Origin: an uncultured Clostridia bacterium
GTDB taxonomy: Bacteria; Bacillota; Clostridia; Christensenellales; UBA1242
Assembly: GCA_944362965.1 (NCBI GenBank)
Contig: CALVTR010000004.1
Location: forward strand, 43,601-107,600
Direction: 5' to 3'
Length of the DNA: 64,000 nt
Below, piece by piece: positions 31,044 through 39,559 of this stretch (the first letter of the stretch is position 1; each line of letters begins with the position of its first letter). The position numbers and the translations under genes are program-made. Under the pieces are notes generated by a model. That model did not search any database and was not told where the DNA came from. It was given only the letters and a program-made list of their open reading frames with translations.

Positions 31044-31757
31044 ATGCAAAAGATTTTAAGTGTTTTAAGAAAAGCGTGCGAAGAATACAATTTGATTGAA
31101 GACGGCGACAAGATTGCTGTTGGCATTTCTGGTGGAAAAGACAGTCTGACTCTCCTTGCTGCCCTTAAGAGTTATCAAAGTTTTTGCGGAAAAAATTTTG
31201 ACCTTATTGCTATCGCAGTGGATTTAAGCGGAGGAAAGTGTAATTATAGTGAAATTGAAAAGTTTTGCAAAGGTATAGATGTTCAGCTTCACATAATTCC
31301 ATCAAACGTTTTTGAAATTGTGTTTGACATAAGAAAGGAAAAGAACCCCTGCTCGCTCTGTGCAAATATGCGAAGGGGGCTTTTGAATAGCTCGGCAAAA
31401 GAACTTGGTTGCAATAAGGTTGCCTTAGGTCATCACAAGGACGACCTAATCGAGACCTTTATTTTGTCACTATTCTTTGAAGGCAGACTTTCAACTTTTA
31501 AGCCTAAAACCTATCTTAGCCGCGTCCAGATAACAGTGATAAGACCGCTTATCTATTGCGACGAGCAAGAAATAATAAAGGCAAGTAAAGACTACCTTAT
31601 TCTTTACAATCCATGTCCTGCAAACAAGCATACTGAAAGAGAGAATGCAAAGAAGCTACTTGAAAGCTTAAACGCAATCTACCCTGAATGCAAAGAAAAA
31701 ATATTCAGTGCTATAATTCATCCTGAGAGATATAATTTATACGATAAATTGAATTAA
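31044..31757 (+). CDS. ttcA: PP-loop ATPase, TtcA-family tRNA thiolation protein
   Basis: 237 aa; PP-loop GISGGKDS; Cys motifs CSLCANMRRG and NPCPANK; HHKDD motif. Confidence 0.75.
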   Translation: MQKILSVLRKACEEYNLIEDGDKIAVGISGGKDSLTLLAALKSYQSFCGKNFDLIAIAVDLSGGKCNYSEIEKFCKGIDVQLHIIPSNVFEIVFDIRKEKNPCSLCANMRRGLLNSSAKELGCNKVALGHHKDDLIETFILSLFFEGRLSTFKPKTYLSRVQITVIRPLIYCDEQEIIKASKDYLILYNPCPANKHTERENAKKLLESLNAIYPECKEKIFSAIIHPERYNLYDKLN

Positions 31758-32042
31758 ATAACAAAAAAATCATAAAAAATGCAGAAAAAATATAAAAAAT
31801 ACTTAAAAAATACTAAAAATCATTAAAAAATCATTTTAAAAAACAAAAAAAATTTTTTAATGTTATTATTTTATAATTTTTTATATTAAAATTTATAAAA
31901 ATTCAATCTTTTTTCAAAAAAATAAAGAAAAAACAAACATTTTAATTAAAAAATTGAATTTATTTGTATTTTTAATTATCATTTTTAATCATTTGACAAA
32001 ACAAAGTTAAAAATTTAAAATAGTGATTAGTGGAGAAATAAT

Positions 32043-33545
32043 ATGGTAACTTTAATCATTTTAGATGGATTTGGAACTCGAAAAGAAAAGTTTGGCAACG
32101 CTATTGCTTCTGCTGGAACGCCTAACCTTGATAAACTTATAAAGCAGTATCCAAATGGCACTTTGAAAGCAAGTGGTAATGCAGTTGGACTTCCTGAAGG
32201 TCAAATGGGCAACAGCGAAGTTGGACACTTGACGCTTGGCGCAGGTCGAGTTATCTTACAAGACCTTATGAAAATTGATAATGAAATTAAAACAAAATCT
32301 TTCTTCAAAAATGAGCATCTTATAAAAGCAATGGAGCATGCAAAAAACAATAATTCTGCCCTTCACATCATGGGGCTTGTGTCAGACGGCGGCGTGCACT
32401 CTCATATAAGTCATCTTTATGCTATCATTGATATGGCAAAAAGTTATAATCTAAGCAAAGTTTATATTCACGCTTTCTTAGATGGTCGTGACACTCTTTA
32501 TAATAGCGGTGTTAAATATATCACTGAGCTTCAAGACTATCTTAAAGGCACAAACTTTAAAATAGCATCCCTTTCTGGCAGAATCTACGCGATGGATAGA
32601 GAACAGCGTTATGAACGCCTTGAAAAAGAATACAACGTTATGGTATATGGCGAAAACTACTGCAATATGTCACCTATTGACGCAATAAATGCAAGCTACA
32701 AAAAAGGTGTGTATGATGAATTTGTTGAGCCTGTGCTTCTTGACAAAGATGGAACAATAAAAGATAACGACAGCGTTATATTCTTTAACTACCGCTCAGA
32801 CAGAGCTAGAGAAATCACCTTTGCTTTAACCGATGCAAGTTTTAATCACTTTAAAACAAAAAAATTTAAAAATATGCTTTTCTCGCCTATGGAAGAATAC
32901 TCTGCTGAATTTTCTTCGCTAAACGTTATTTTTCCACCTGAAATTGTTGAAGATAACTTAGCTGCTATTATTTCGCAGCATGGCATGAAGCAATTTCATA
33001 TTGCTGAAACAACTAAGTATGCTCACGTTACATTCTTCTTCAATGGCGGAATTGAAAAGCCGTATAAGGGAGAAGACCGCAAGCTTATAGAAAGCATAGA
33101 CACGCAAGATTTTTCATACTACCCTAAAATGAGAGCCTATGAAATCACAGAAGAGACGCTTGATGCAGTCGCTTCTGCAAAATATGATTTTGTGCTTGTC
33201 AATTATTCAAACCCTGATATGATTGGACATACCGGTAATTTTGAAGCCACAAAAGAAGCAATAAAATGTGTTGAGAAAAATGCTTACGCTCTTGCACTTG
33301 CTACGCTTATGGCTGGCGGTGACTGCATCATAACAGCAGATCACGGCAATGCTGAATATATGATAGATGACAAAGGCAATAAGGTGACATCCCATACAAC
33401 AAATCCTGTGCCTGTTATATTAGTAAGCGAAAAATACAAGAAGGTCCGATTAAAACGCAATATGTCGATTGCAAATATTGCGCCTACTGTGCTTAAACTA
33501 CTTGGACTTGACATACCTTCCAGCATGGAAAAACCATTGTTTTAG
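32043..33545 (+). CDS. gpmI: 2,3-bisphosphoglycerate-independent phosphoglycerate mutase
   Basis: 500 aa; LIILDGFG N-terminus, MGNSEVGH, DGGVHSH, NPDMIGHTG and ADHGNAE motifs typical of iPGM. Confidence 0.93.
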   Translation: MVTLIILDGFGTRKEKFGNAIASAGTPNLDKLIKQYPNGTLKASGNAVGLPEGQMGNSEVGHLTLGAGRVILQDLMKIDNEIKTKSFFKNEHLIKAMEHAKNNNSALHIMGLVSDGGVHSHISHLYAIIDMAKSYNLSKVYIHAFLDGRDTLYNSGVKYITELQDYLKGTNFKIASLSGRIYAMDREQRYERLEKEYNVMVYGENYCNMSPIDAINASYKKGVYDEFVEPVLLDKDGTIKDNDSVIFFNYRSDRAREITFALTDASFNHFKTKKFKNMLFSPMEEYSAEFSSLNVIFPPEIVEDNLAAIISQHGMKQFHIAETTKYAHVTFFFNGGIEKPYKGEDRKLIESIDTQDFSYYPKMRAYEITEETLDAVASAKYDFVLVNYSNPDMIGHTGNFEATKEAIKCVEKNAYALALATLMAGGDCIITADHGNAEYMIDDKGNKVTSHTTNPVPVILVSEKYKKVRLKRNMSIANIAPTVLKLLGLDIPSSMEKPLF

Positions 33546-33724
33546 ATAAATTTTTTAATAAATTCGGGTTATAGCTTGTTTATGTTTAATCAATTTTTAG
33601 TAAATTCTTGACAATTTAGTAATCAAAGAAAAAAGAGCTATTTTTATATAAATTAACTCTTTTTTCTTGAAAAATTGAGATTTTTTGCGATTTTTTTCGC
33701 ATTTTTTACTAAATTTTGATTAAA

Positions 33725-34339
33725 TTATAAAAATATTTCGTAGTCTAGCTCGCCATCAAGAGCTTCTATAAACTCTCTTTCATTCTCCTTTGTTCCAACG
33801 ATTGCGTTGTAGTGATCTGGGATAGTAAGCTTAGGATTTATCAGCTTAGCAAGATGTGCAGCTTCCTTCCCATCCATTGTGAAAGTGCCACCTATTGGAA
33901 TGATTAAAACATCACATTTTATCTTTCTATTATCTTCATTTTCATCACAATCCCCTAAGATTGCATACTTAATATCTTTATATTCAATTAAATACCCAAG
34001 CCAATTATATTCCTTTTTGTGAAAGTTTTTGCCTACATTATATGACGGGAAAGCTTGCACTTTTAAGTTGCCAATTACAGCTTCTTGATATGGTTTCATC
34101 TCCACTATCTCGTTTTTGAAATGTTTTCTTAAATCTGCAGCCACATCTGAAGGCACAACAAATATTGTCTTATCTGTGACAATTTTTTTGACGTCATCAA
34201 GCGAATAGTGGTCATAATGAGCATGAGTTACAAAAATATACTTCGCCTTATAATCGCCCACAATTTTATAAGGGTCTATAAAAATATCATCAATCTTTAT
34301 TGAGCTGTGATATAGCACTTTTGCGTTATGTTTTATCAT
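33725..34339 (-). CDS. MBL-fold metallo-hydrolase
   Basis: 204 aa; THAHYDH metal-binding motif; AAAAAGGAG RBS. Confidence 0.75.
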   Translation of the reverse strand: MIKHNAKVLYHSSIKIDDIFIDPYKIVGDYKAKYIFVTHAHYDHYSLDDVKKIVTDKTIFVVPSDVAADLRKHFKNEIVEMKPYQEAVIGNLKVQAFPSYNVGKNFHKKEYNWLGYLIEYKDIKYAILGDCDENEDNRKIKCDVLIIPIGGTFTMDGKEAAHLAKLINPKLTIPDHYNAIVGTKENEREFIEALDGELDYEIFL

Positions 34340-34351
34340 TTTTTCTCCTTT

Positions 34352-34951
34352 TTAGCATGTTTTTGCAGAAATTTCTTCAATATTTTCTTCTTTTTCAAGC
34401 AAATGCTGATAAATTTTTAAAAATTTAGGTCTGACATATCTTTGTATCAAAACTGGCAAAAGATGCAAAAATCCATTTAATATAAACACAGGAATTGAGA
34501 TTGTGAAAAGATATTGAGACGGCAAAAATATAAAGACCAACCCGCCAAATAAAATAGAATAGATATGCAAGGTTTCGGCTATGCATGTTTCTGTTAAAAA
34601 TTTAAATATGTATTGTGGACTGCTTGGCTCATTTATATGATTCTTTGCAAACCCGCCTAGTTTTCCAAGTTCTGGGATTTTATCTTTCCACTTCTTTATC
34701 TTTAATTTCGCGTATAACTTATTTTCTTTTGAATTGACCCTGAATATACGTCTATAAGGACTAAATACCTTCTCTGGCAAGACTCTTGTTGTCACCATTA
34801 TTACAACCGACATTATTCCGCAAATGGCTATTGCAAGCAGCAAATATAAAAACATTTCACCTATATGATAGCTATTTATAAGTGAAAAAACTATATTCAA
34901 GGCAATTATTGATGTCAGTCCTATTATTAAAATTTTTAAATATAACTTCAT
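34352..34951 (-). CDS. Polytopic membrane protein, CrtO-like (glycosyl-4,4'-diaponeurosporenoate acyltransferase family)
   Basis: 199 aa with 4-5 hydrophobic helices. KKWKDKIP, ETCIAETLH and LIQRYVRPKF match, from memory, the S. aureus CrtO motifs (KWKHKI, ETKRAELIH, IVQRYNRPRL). No clear SD. Confidence 0.5.
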   Translation of the reverse strand: MKLYLKILIIGLTSIIALNIVFSLINSYHIGEMFLYLLLAIAICGIMSVVIMVTTRVLPEKVFSPYRRIFRVNSKENKLYAKLKIKKWKDKIPELGKLGGFAKNHINEPSSPQYIFKFLTETCIAETLHIYSILFGGLVFIFLPSQYLFTISIPVFILNGFLHLLPVLIQRYVRPKFLKIYQHLLEKEENIEEISAKTC

Positions 34952-35033
34952 GTATGTATTTTAACACAAAAACTCACAAATTAAAACAAAACTAAAAGAT
35001 TTTAAGTTTTCATTTTTGATTATAATTTAAAAA

Positions 35034-35825
35034 TCAACTGATTTTAACAGCCATATCTTTGACTAAATCCAATATCAAATCTTTTACTGAGCTATCATAC
35101 CCCTTCTTTATTTGCACAATGCGTGACCAGTTTTCTTGTTTTACCACATCAGAAAAATATAAAATTTGAGCAAATTTTAAATTTCTATATTTTGCCACAG
35201 CACACCATGCAGCGCACTCCATTTCAACCGCAACCGCACCTAAATTTATAGCCATTTCCACCTTTTGCCTTGTTTCTCTGTAAAAAGCGTCATTTGTCCA
35301 TGTTGCTGACCTTACATAATCAAGTTTATTGGTTTTTAAATAATCTTCAAACCTGTTTGTTAGCTCTAAGTCAGGTTCAACATAGACACTTGGCTTTAAG
35401 TAATGATATGAAAGCCCTTCGTCACGGATAGCCTTATCAACCAATATAAATTTATCTTTGTAATTTTCGTTTAAACATCCTGCCGAACCTACTGCAATAA
35501 ACTCTTCTATACCAAACAGAGCAAGCTCTTCCATTAAGGATGCCGCAGCAGGTGCACCTAGTGGAGATATAGCAATAAGAACATTCTTATATTCATATAC
35601 GTTAGTAAAAACACTGCCGCAATGAAATCTAAATATAACTTTCAGTTTCTTAAAAAATCTGTTTTTATGTGAATTGTCATAAAAAATCATAAAACATCTT
35701 TTTATGTTTCTTGACTTCACATATTCAATATTTTTAAACTCTGATGGAACATGCCCCGCAAATTGTTTTGCCGTTACAAGCTCTTCGTCTCCATCACAAT
35801 GCAATAAAATTGGAAATTCTTGCAT
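35034..35825 (-). CDS. Nucleoside phosphorylase family protein (PNP/UDP-1 fold)
   Basis: 263 aa; GSAGCL and VEMECAA motifs typical of the phosphorylase-1 family; ATAGGAGAAAATT RBS. Confidence 0.65.
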   Translation of the reverse strand: MQEFPILLHCDGDEELVTAKQFAGHVPSEFKNIEYVKSRNIKRCFMIFYDNSHKNRFFKKLKVIFRFHCGSVFTNVYEYKNVLIAISPLGAPAAASLMEELALFGIEEFIAVGSAGCLNENYKDKFILVDKAIRDEGLSYHYLKPSVYVEPDLELTNRFEDYLKTNKLDYVRSATWTNDAFYRETRQKVEMAINLGAVAVEMECAAWCAVAKYRNLKFAQILYFSDVVKQENWSRIVQIKKGYDSSVKDLILDLVKDMAVKIS

Positions 35826-35880
35826 AATTTTCTCCTATTTTTTATTATATAGAACATAAAAATTAAAAGCAACAAAAAAT

Positions 35881-36000
35881 GTGCTTGTTTCACACAATAG
35901 CTCAATCATTGTGACAAATGATATTGTTACTCACCTTAACCCTACAATTACTAAGGAAGATATAATCGAACTTTATGGTGATTTATACCCTAGATTTTGA
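35881..36000 (+). pseudogene. Remnant 3' end of a tyrosine-recombinase (phage integrase) gene next to tRNA-Lys
   Basis: A 39-codon frame reads VLVSHNSSIIVTNDIVTHLNPTITKEDIIELYGDLYPRF*. It resembles the integrase C-terminal box LGHSSI..T.D.Y.H, with the catalytic Tyr position occupied by Val. No upstream coding continuation. A TTTTGACCCCA x2 direct repeat follows. Confidence 0.4.
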
Positions 36001-36040
36001 CCCCATTTTTGACCCCACAAAATTTCACTTTTTTAAGTTA

Positions 36041-36073
36041 ATAAAAAATCACCACTCCATATTTAGTGGTGAT
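36041..36073 (-). terminator. Rho-independent terminator of the tRNA operon
   Basis: Minus strand reads ATCACCACT, 8-nt loop, AGTGGTGAT, then TTTTTT, about 30 nt after tRNA-Lys. Confidence 0.7.
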
Positions 36074-36105
36074 AAAAATCAAAATATACTACATATTGTG
36101 GCTCT

Positions 36106-36181
36106 TGGTGGCCTACCCGGGATTCGAACCCGGGACCCCTTGATTAAAAGTCAAGTGCTCTACCGACTGAGCTAGTAGACC
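36106..36181 (-). tRNA. tRNA-Lys (anticodon UUU)
   Basis: GGTCTACTAGCTCAGTCGGTAGAGC..CTTGA-CTTTTAA-TCAAG..GGTTCGAATCC..GTAGGCCACCA. Cloverleaf with encoded CCA. Confidence 0.92.
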
Positions 36182-36368
36182 TTAATTTTGCTTTATTAAA
36201 TCTATTTTAGAAAGATTGATTTTCTGTTTTATTGACTAAGCAAATAAAATTATTTAAAATCAAGCATTTTAAAACAAATTTAAATGATTTTTATGGCTTA
36301 TTTTATTAAAAATATAACCATTTTTTGCATTTATTTTTTTCGTTTTTAAGGTTTATCTTAAAAACTTT

Positions 36369-36443
36369 TGGCTGGGGTGGCAGGATTTGAACCTACGAAT
36401 GCAAGAATCAAAATCTTGTGCCTTACCACTTGGCGACACCCCA
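36369..36443 (-). tRNA. tRNA-Gln (anticodon UUG)
   Basis: TGGGGTGTCGCCAAGTGGTAAGGC..CAAGA-TTTTGAT-TCTTG..GGTTCAAATCC..CACCCCAGCCA. Confidence 0.9.
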
Positions 36444-36459
36444 ATGTCGTTTTCTTTTA

Positions 36460-36535
36460 TGGCTGGGGTGGTAGGACTCGAACCTACGCAATGTTGGAAT
36501 CAGAATCCAATGCCTTACCACTTGGCGACACCCCA
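36460..36535 (-). tRNA. tRNA-Gln (anticodon CUG)
   Basis: Same acceptor and D arm as the neighbouring Gln; anticodon arm TTGGA-TTCTGAT-TCCAA; encoded CCA. Confidence 0.9.
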
Positions 36536-36550
36536 ATGAAAAGTTAAATA

Positions 36551-36627
36551 TGGGGTGGTCTAAGGGGGTCGAACCCTTGACCTCCAGAGCCACAATCTGG
36601 CGTTCTGCCAACTGAACTAAGACCACC
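36551..36627 (-). tRNA. tRNA-His (anticodon GUG)
   Basis: An extra 5' G (G-1) opposite the C discriminator; anticodon arm CCAGA-TTGTGGC-TCTGG; GGTTCGACCCC T arm; encoded CCA. Confidence 0.9.
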
Positions 36628-36640
36628 ATAAAAGGATATG

Positions 36641-36717
36641 TGGTGCTCCCAGAAGGATTCGAACCTTCGACCTTTGCCTTAGAAGGGCACTGCTCTATCC
36701 AGCTGAGCTATGGAAGC
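36641..36717 (-). tRNA. tRNA-Arg (anticodon UCU)
   Basis: GCTTCCATAGCTCAGCTGGATAGAGC..loop CTTCTAA..GGTTCGAATCC..TGGGAGCACCA. Confidence 0.88.
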
Positions 36718-36720
36718 CCA

Positions 36721-36794
36721 TGGAGCAGGTGAAGGGAATCGGACCCTCGCAACCAGCTTGGAAGGCTAGTGTTCTACCACTGAACTACACCTGC
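36721..36794 (-). tRNA. tRNA-Gly (anticodon UCC)
   Basis: GCAGGTGTAGTTCAGTGGTAGAAC..loop CTTCCAA..GGTCCGATTCC..CACCTGCTCCA. Confidence 0.9.
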
Positions 36795-36810
36795 ACATGT
36801 TGACTATAAA

Positions 36811-36839
36811 AGAATATCACAATATGCCCCACTTGTCAA
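36811..36839 (-). promoter_or_regulatory. Promoter candidate for the tRNA operon
   Basis: Minus strand reads TTGACA (36834-36839), a 17-nt spacer, then TATTCT (36811-36816), about 15 nt upstream of tRNA-Gly. Confidence 0.45.
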
Positions 36840-36968
36840 GAATTTTAGCAAAATTAAGAAAAAATTTTTATAAGACTTTCTTAATATTATACTTTATTTA
36901 TTAAAATTATCTTGAACACTAAGAAATAACTTAAAGCTTATAATCTAAAAATAAAACAACCAATATTT

Positions 36969-36996
36969 TTGAAATTTTAATTTATTATGTTATAAT
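36969..36996 (+). promoter_or_regulatory. Extended -10 promoter candidate for the 37029 gene
   Basis: TTGAAA, a 16-nt spacer, then TGTTATAAT, about 30 nt upstream of the AATAGGAG RBS. Confidence 0.55.
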
Positions 36997-37028
36997 AAAT
37001 TTAAGTAATTGCAAATAGGAGAAAACAA

Positions 37029-38303
37029 ATGATAGAAAATTTTGATAAAACCTACACCCCGCCATTATGGGACTGCTTAGGTTTTAGATTTAAAGAAGAA
37101 GATGTGCTCTACAAAATAAATAATATAACAAAGGTTCAGCGACCACTTGTCAAATCATCGCCCGATGGGAAGATAAAATATCACTTAATATTCAATCCGG
37201 CAAGTATGACTGCACTTGTTATGAAAGTGACGCCTAAAAATGACCAAGCTGTTATCATTGAAGAAATTTATCCGTCAAGTTACAGTGGACGCACGCCAAC
37301 CTACAATGCCTTTTTAGAGAAAATTATTGATGAGAAATTCTATTTTTCAATTTATAGCAATGATAAAATTATATTGCAATCGCAGGTTCTTTTGCCACCC
37401 GACCAAAGGGACCTTTTATGCTATATTGCTGACAACGACGAGAGTATTGAAATAAAGGAAAAAAGTCAATATAATTTGATTCTTTATTTATTGTCGCCAA
37501 TAATAGATATATATCCTGACGCAAAAAGTTTTAAAGCTGCTTTGGAAGATAAGGATGACGTTTATTCAGACATAACAGAAAACAAAGACCTGCCAGATAA
37601 AGAATTTTTTAATATCGCAGGGAAAATTTATAATGTTAGAATAGTTTTAAACCGATATACTGGCAGAAGATTTTTAGAAATTGAATTTATATACAATAAC
37701 TCACGATTTGTAACCTATTTCTCAAGTAAATATATGATGAGATTGCCTAAGCGAAATGAATATATTGTTTGCAAGCTTTGCAAAGCACAAGGCGAAATAA
37801 CTTCCACTGATAAAATAACATCAGCGGCTCAAAAGCCTTTGCCTGCAAAAAACAATCCTATTCTTGAATTTGACATTGAATATTTATATAGTTACGACAA
37901 CACAATAAAATTTAAAAAAGATGATGTTTTTGACGGCGAAATTAAAATAGAGTTTATAAATGTTCGGCTTTATGCCAATATAATAAGATTGCAATCTGCT
38001 GCCTATCGAGATGCAAAAAGCAGGCAAGAAATCTTTTTAGCAAAAAATGGAAATTATGAAAAAGAAATTGAGAAACTTAAAACACTGAATTTTCAAGAGC
38101 ATAGAGAGTCGCCGGAAAACTTGATTGAAGGCAGATATTGGTTTATTCGCTATGGAAATCATTATATTGAAGGATTTGAAAACACGCCTAGCATCATTGA
38201 AGACATCAAAAAAATAATAGATTTTGATGAAATTGTTGATGTTATAAAACAAAAATATGACAGCGACAGTAAAAATAATAACAATGATAACGAAAATAAA
38301 TAA
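37029..38303 (+). CDS. Hypothetical protein (orphan, 424 aa)
   Basis: Good RBS and promoter, no signal peptide or TM helix, Asn/Lys-rich low-complexity C-terminus. No motif I recognise. Confidence 0.6.
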   Translation: MIENFDKTYTPPLWDCLGFRFKEEDVLYKINNITKVQRPLVKSSPDGKIKYHLIFNPASMTALVMKVTPKNDQAVIIEEIYPSSYSGRTPTYNAFLEKIIDEKFYFSIYSNDKIILQSQVLLPPDQRDLLCYIADNDESIEIKEKSQYNLILYLLSPIIDIYPDAKSFKAALEDKDDVYSDITENKDLPDKEFFNIAGKIYNVRIVLNRYTGRRFLEIEFIYNNSRFVTYFSSKYMMRLPKRNEYIVCKLCKAQGEITSTDKITSAAQKPLPAKNNPILEFDIEYLYSYDNTIKFKKDDVFDGEIKIEFINVRLYANIIRLQSAAYRDAKSRQEIFLAKNGNYEKEIEKLKTLNFQEHRESPENLIEGRYWFIRYGNHYIEGFENTPSIIEDIKKIIDFDEIVDVIKQKYDSDSKNNNNDNENK

Positions 38304-38324
38304 AAAACGTTTAAATTATTAAAA

Positions 38325-38536
38325 AACAGGCTATAAACCTGCTTAGAGTGTAGACAAATTATTCAGACTGTAGAAAAACAAGCGTAGGCTTGCGCTCGGA
38401 AAATGCCTAAAAGCAGGAGTTTAGTAAACCTAAATGACTGTTTTTAGGCGTTTTACAGTTAACGCAGCAAGAAAAATTTATTTAATTTTTCGGTCGCGAC
38501 GTTTTTATGCAGTCTGAACAGGCTTTAAACCTGTTT
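38325..38536. mobile_element. MITE-like insertion splitting a bidirectional terminator (20-bp direct repeats plus imperfect terminal inverted repeats)
   Basis: Direct repeats AACAGGCTATAAACCTGCTT (38325-38344) and AACAGGCTTTAAACCTGTTT (38517-38536). Inverted repeats TTCAGACTGTAGAAAAAC (38362-38379) and GTTTTTATGCAGTCTGAA (38501-38518). The interior carries a CAAGCGTAGGCTTGCG module shared with R1/R2. Confidence 0.5.
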
Positions 38537-38537
38537 T

Positions 38538-39482
38538 TTAATTTTCTATTATACTTTCAACTACTTCTTGCCCGCCTTTCTTTCTTAAACTATGCATTCC
38601 GCCCTCTTCATTTCTATAGATGATATCAAAATCGTCTTTTTTATAGACTATTGCCGTGCTATATTTAGTTTTTGTGAGAACGTTTATCGCAAGCTTTGCA
38701 AAAGAACGAGCATACTCTAAGTCTATAAATGTAGGATTTGTTCCACGTTGGACATAACCTACAGTGCAACTTCTATATTCTATATCTGGGTTATACTTTT
38801 GTAAGTTTCGTATTATTGTTTGTAATTTTACAATTCGCTCTTTGACTAAAATACAGCTGCCTTGACCAAGCTCCTTCTTATTTTTGATTATCTCTGCCAT
38901 CTTTTTGTAATCTAAATCTTTCTTCTTTAAAACAACATAATCGCATTGATAATTCAAACTGACACAATTTGCAATACGAGAGCAATTTCTGCCCATAACT
39001 TCAAAGATGCAACACCTGTCAAAGGCGTCCATAGTTGGCATGGTGTTTTCAATGGTGCTGACGCAAGCCTTGACCGCAGTATGATAGCCCTGACTATAAT
39101 CACTAATTAAAACATCATTATCAATAGTCGCTGGGATAAAGACTGTTCTCACGCCCTTTTCATTGAGTTCACAACAGCCTTGATACGAGCCATTACCGCC
39201 AAGCACAATGACAGCATCAAAGCATTTTGCATTATTTAAACCTTTATTGAAACCTTCAGTCGTTTGGAAATCTGGGCAACGTGAACATTTTATACAGCTG
39301 CCCGCTTCTTTTGCATACTTCATTGGCTCAAACTCAGAAATTGGCACAATGTCATTGTTTATAAGCCCTTTAAAGCCTGCACGGCAGGCGTAAAGATTCT
39401 TGCCAAACTTTTTATAAAGAGTGGCTAAAATCATATTCATGCCAGGTGCATCACCGCCACTTGTTAAAATTAAAATTTTCAT
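38538..39482 (-). CDS. pfkA: ATP-dependent 6-phosphofructokinase
   Basis: 314 aa; N-terminal ILTSGGDAPGMN; GGNGS and IPATIDND motifs; TTAAGGAGAG RBS. Confidence 0.88.
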   Translation of the reverse strand: MKILILTSGGDAPGMNMILATLYKKFGKNLYACRAGFKGLINNDIVPISEFEPMKYAKEAGSCIKCSRCPDFQTTEGFNKGLNNAKCFDAVIVLGGNGSYQGCCELNEKGVRTVFIPATIDNDVLISDYSQGYHTAVKACVSTIENTMPTMDAFDRCCIFEVMGRNCSRIANCVSLNYQCDYVVLKKKDLDYKKMAEIIKNKKELGQGSCILVKERIVKLQTIIRNLQKYNPDIEYRSCTVGYVQRGTNPTFIDLEYARSFAKLAINVLTKTKYSTAIVYKKDDFDIIYRNEEGGMHSLRKKGGQEVVESIIEN

Positions 39483-39559
39483 ATTTCTCTCCTTAATTTT
39501 TAAAAAATACTGAAAAAATAGCGATTTTTTTGATAAAAATGCTTATTTTTATGCAATTT

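Noticed and set aside
35975-36629. Track ORFs 35975-36175 (plus) and 36423-36629 (minus).
   Set aside because: Both are read straight through tRNA genes (Lys; Gln, Gln and His). They are G+C-rich tRNA sequence, not coding.
35830-37030. An intact prophage or integrative element at the tRNA cluster.
   Set aside because: Only a 39-codon integrase-like remnant and a short direct repeat are present. The flanking genes are ordinary metabolic or orphan genes, and no phage structural, replication or excision genes are nearby.
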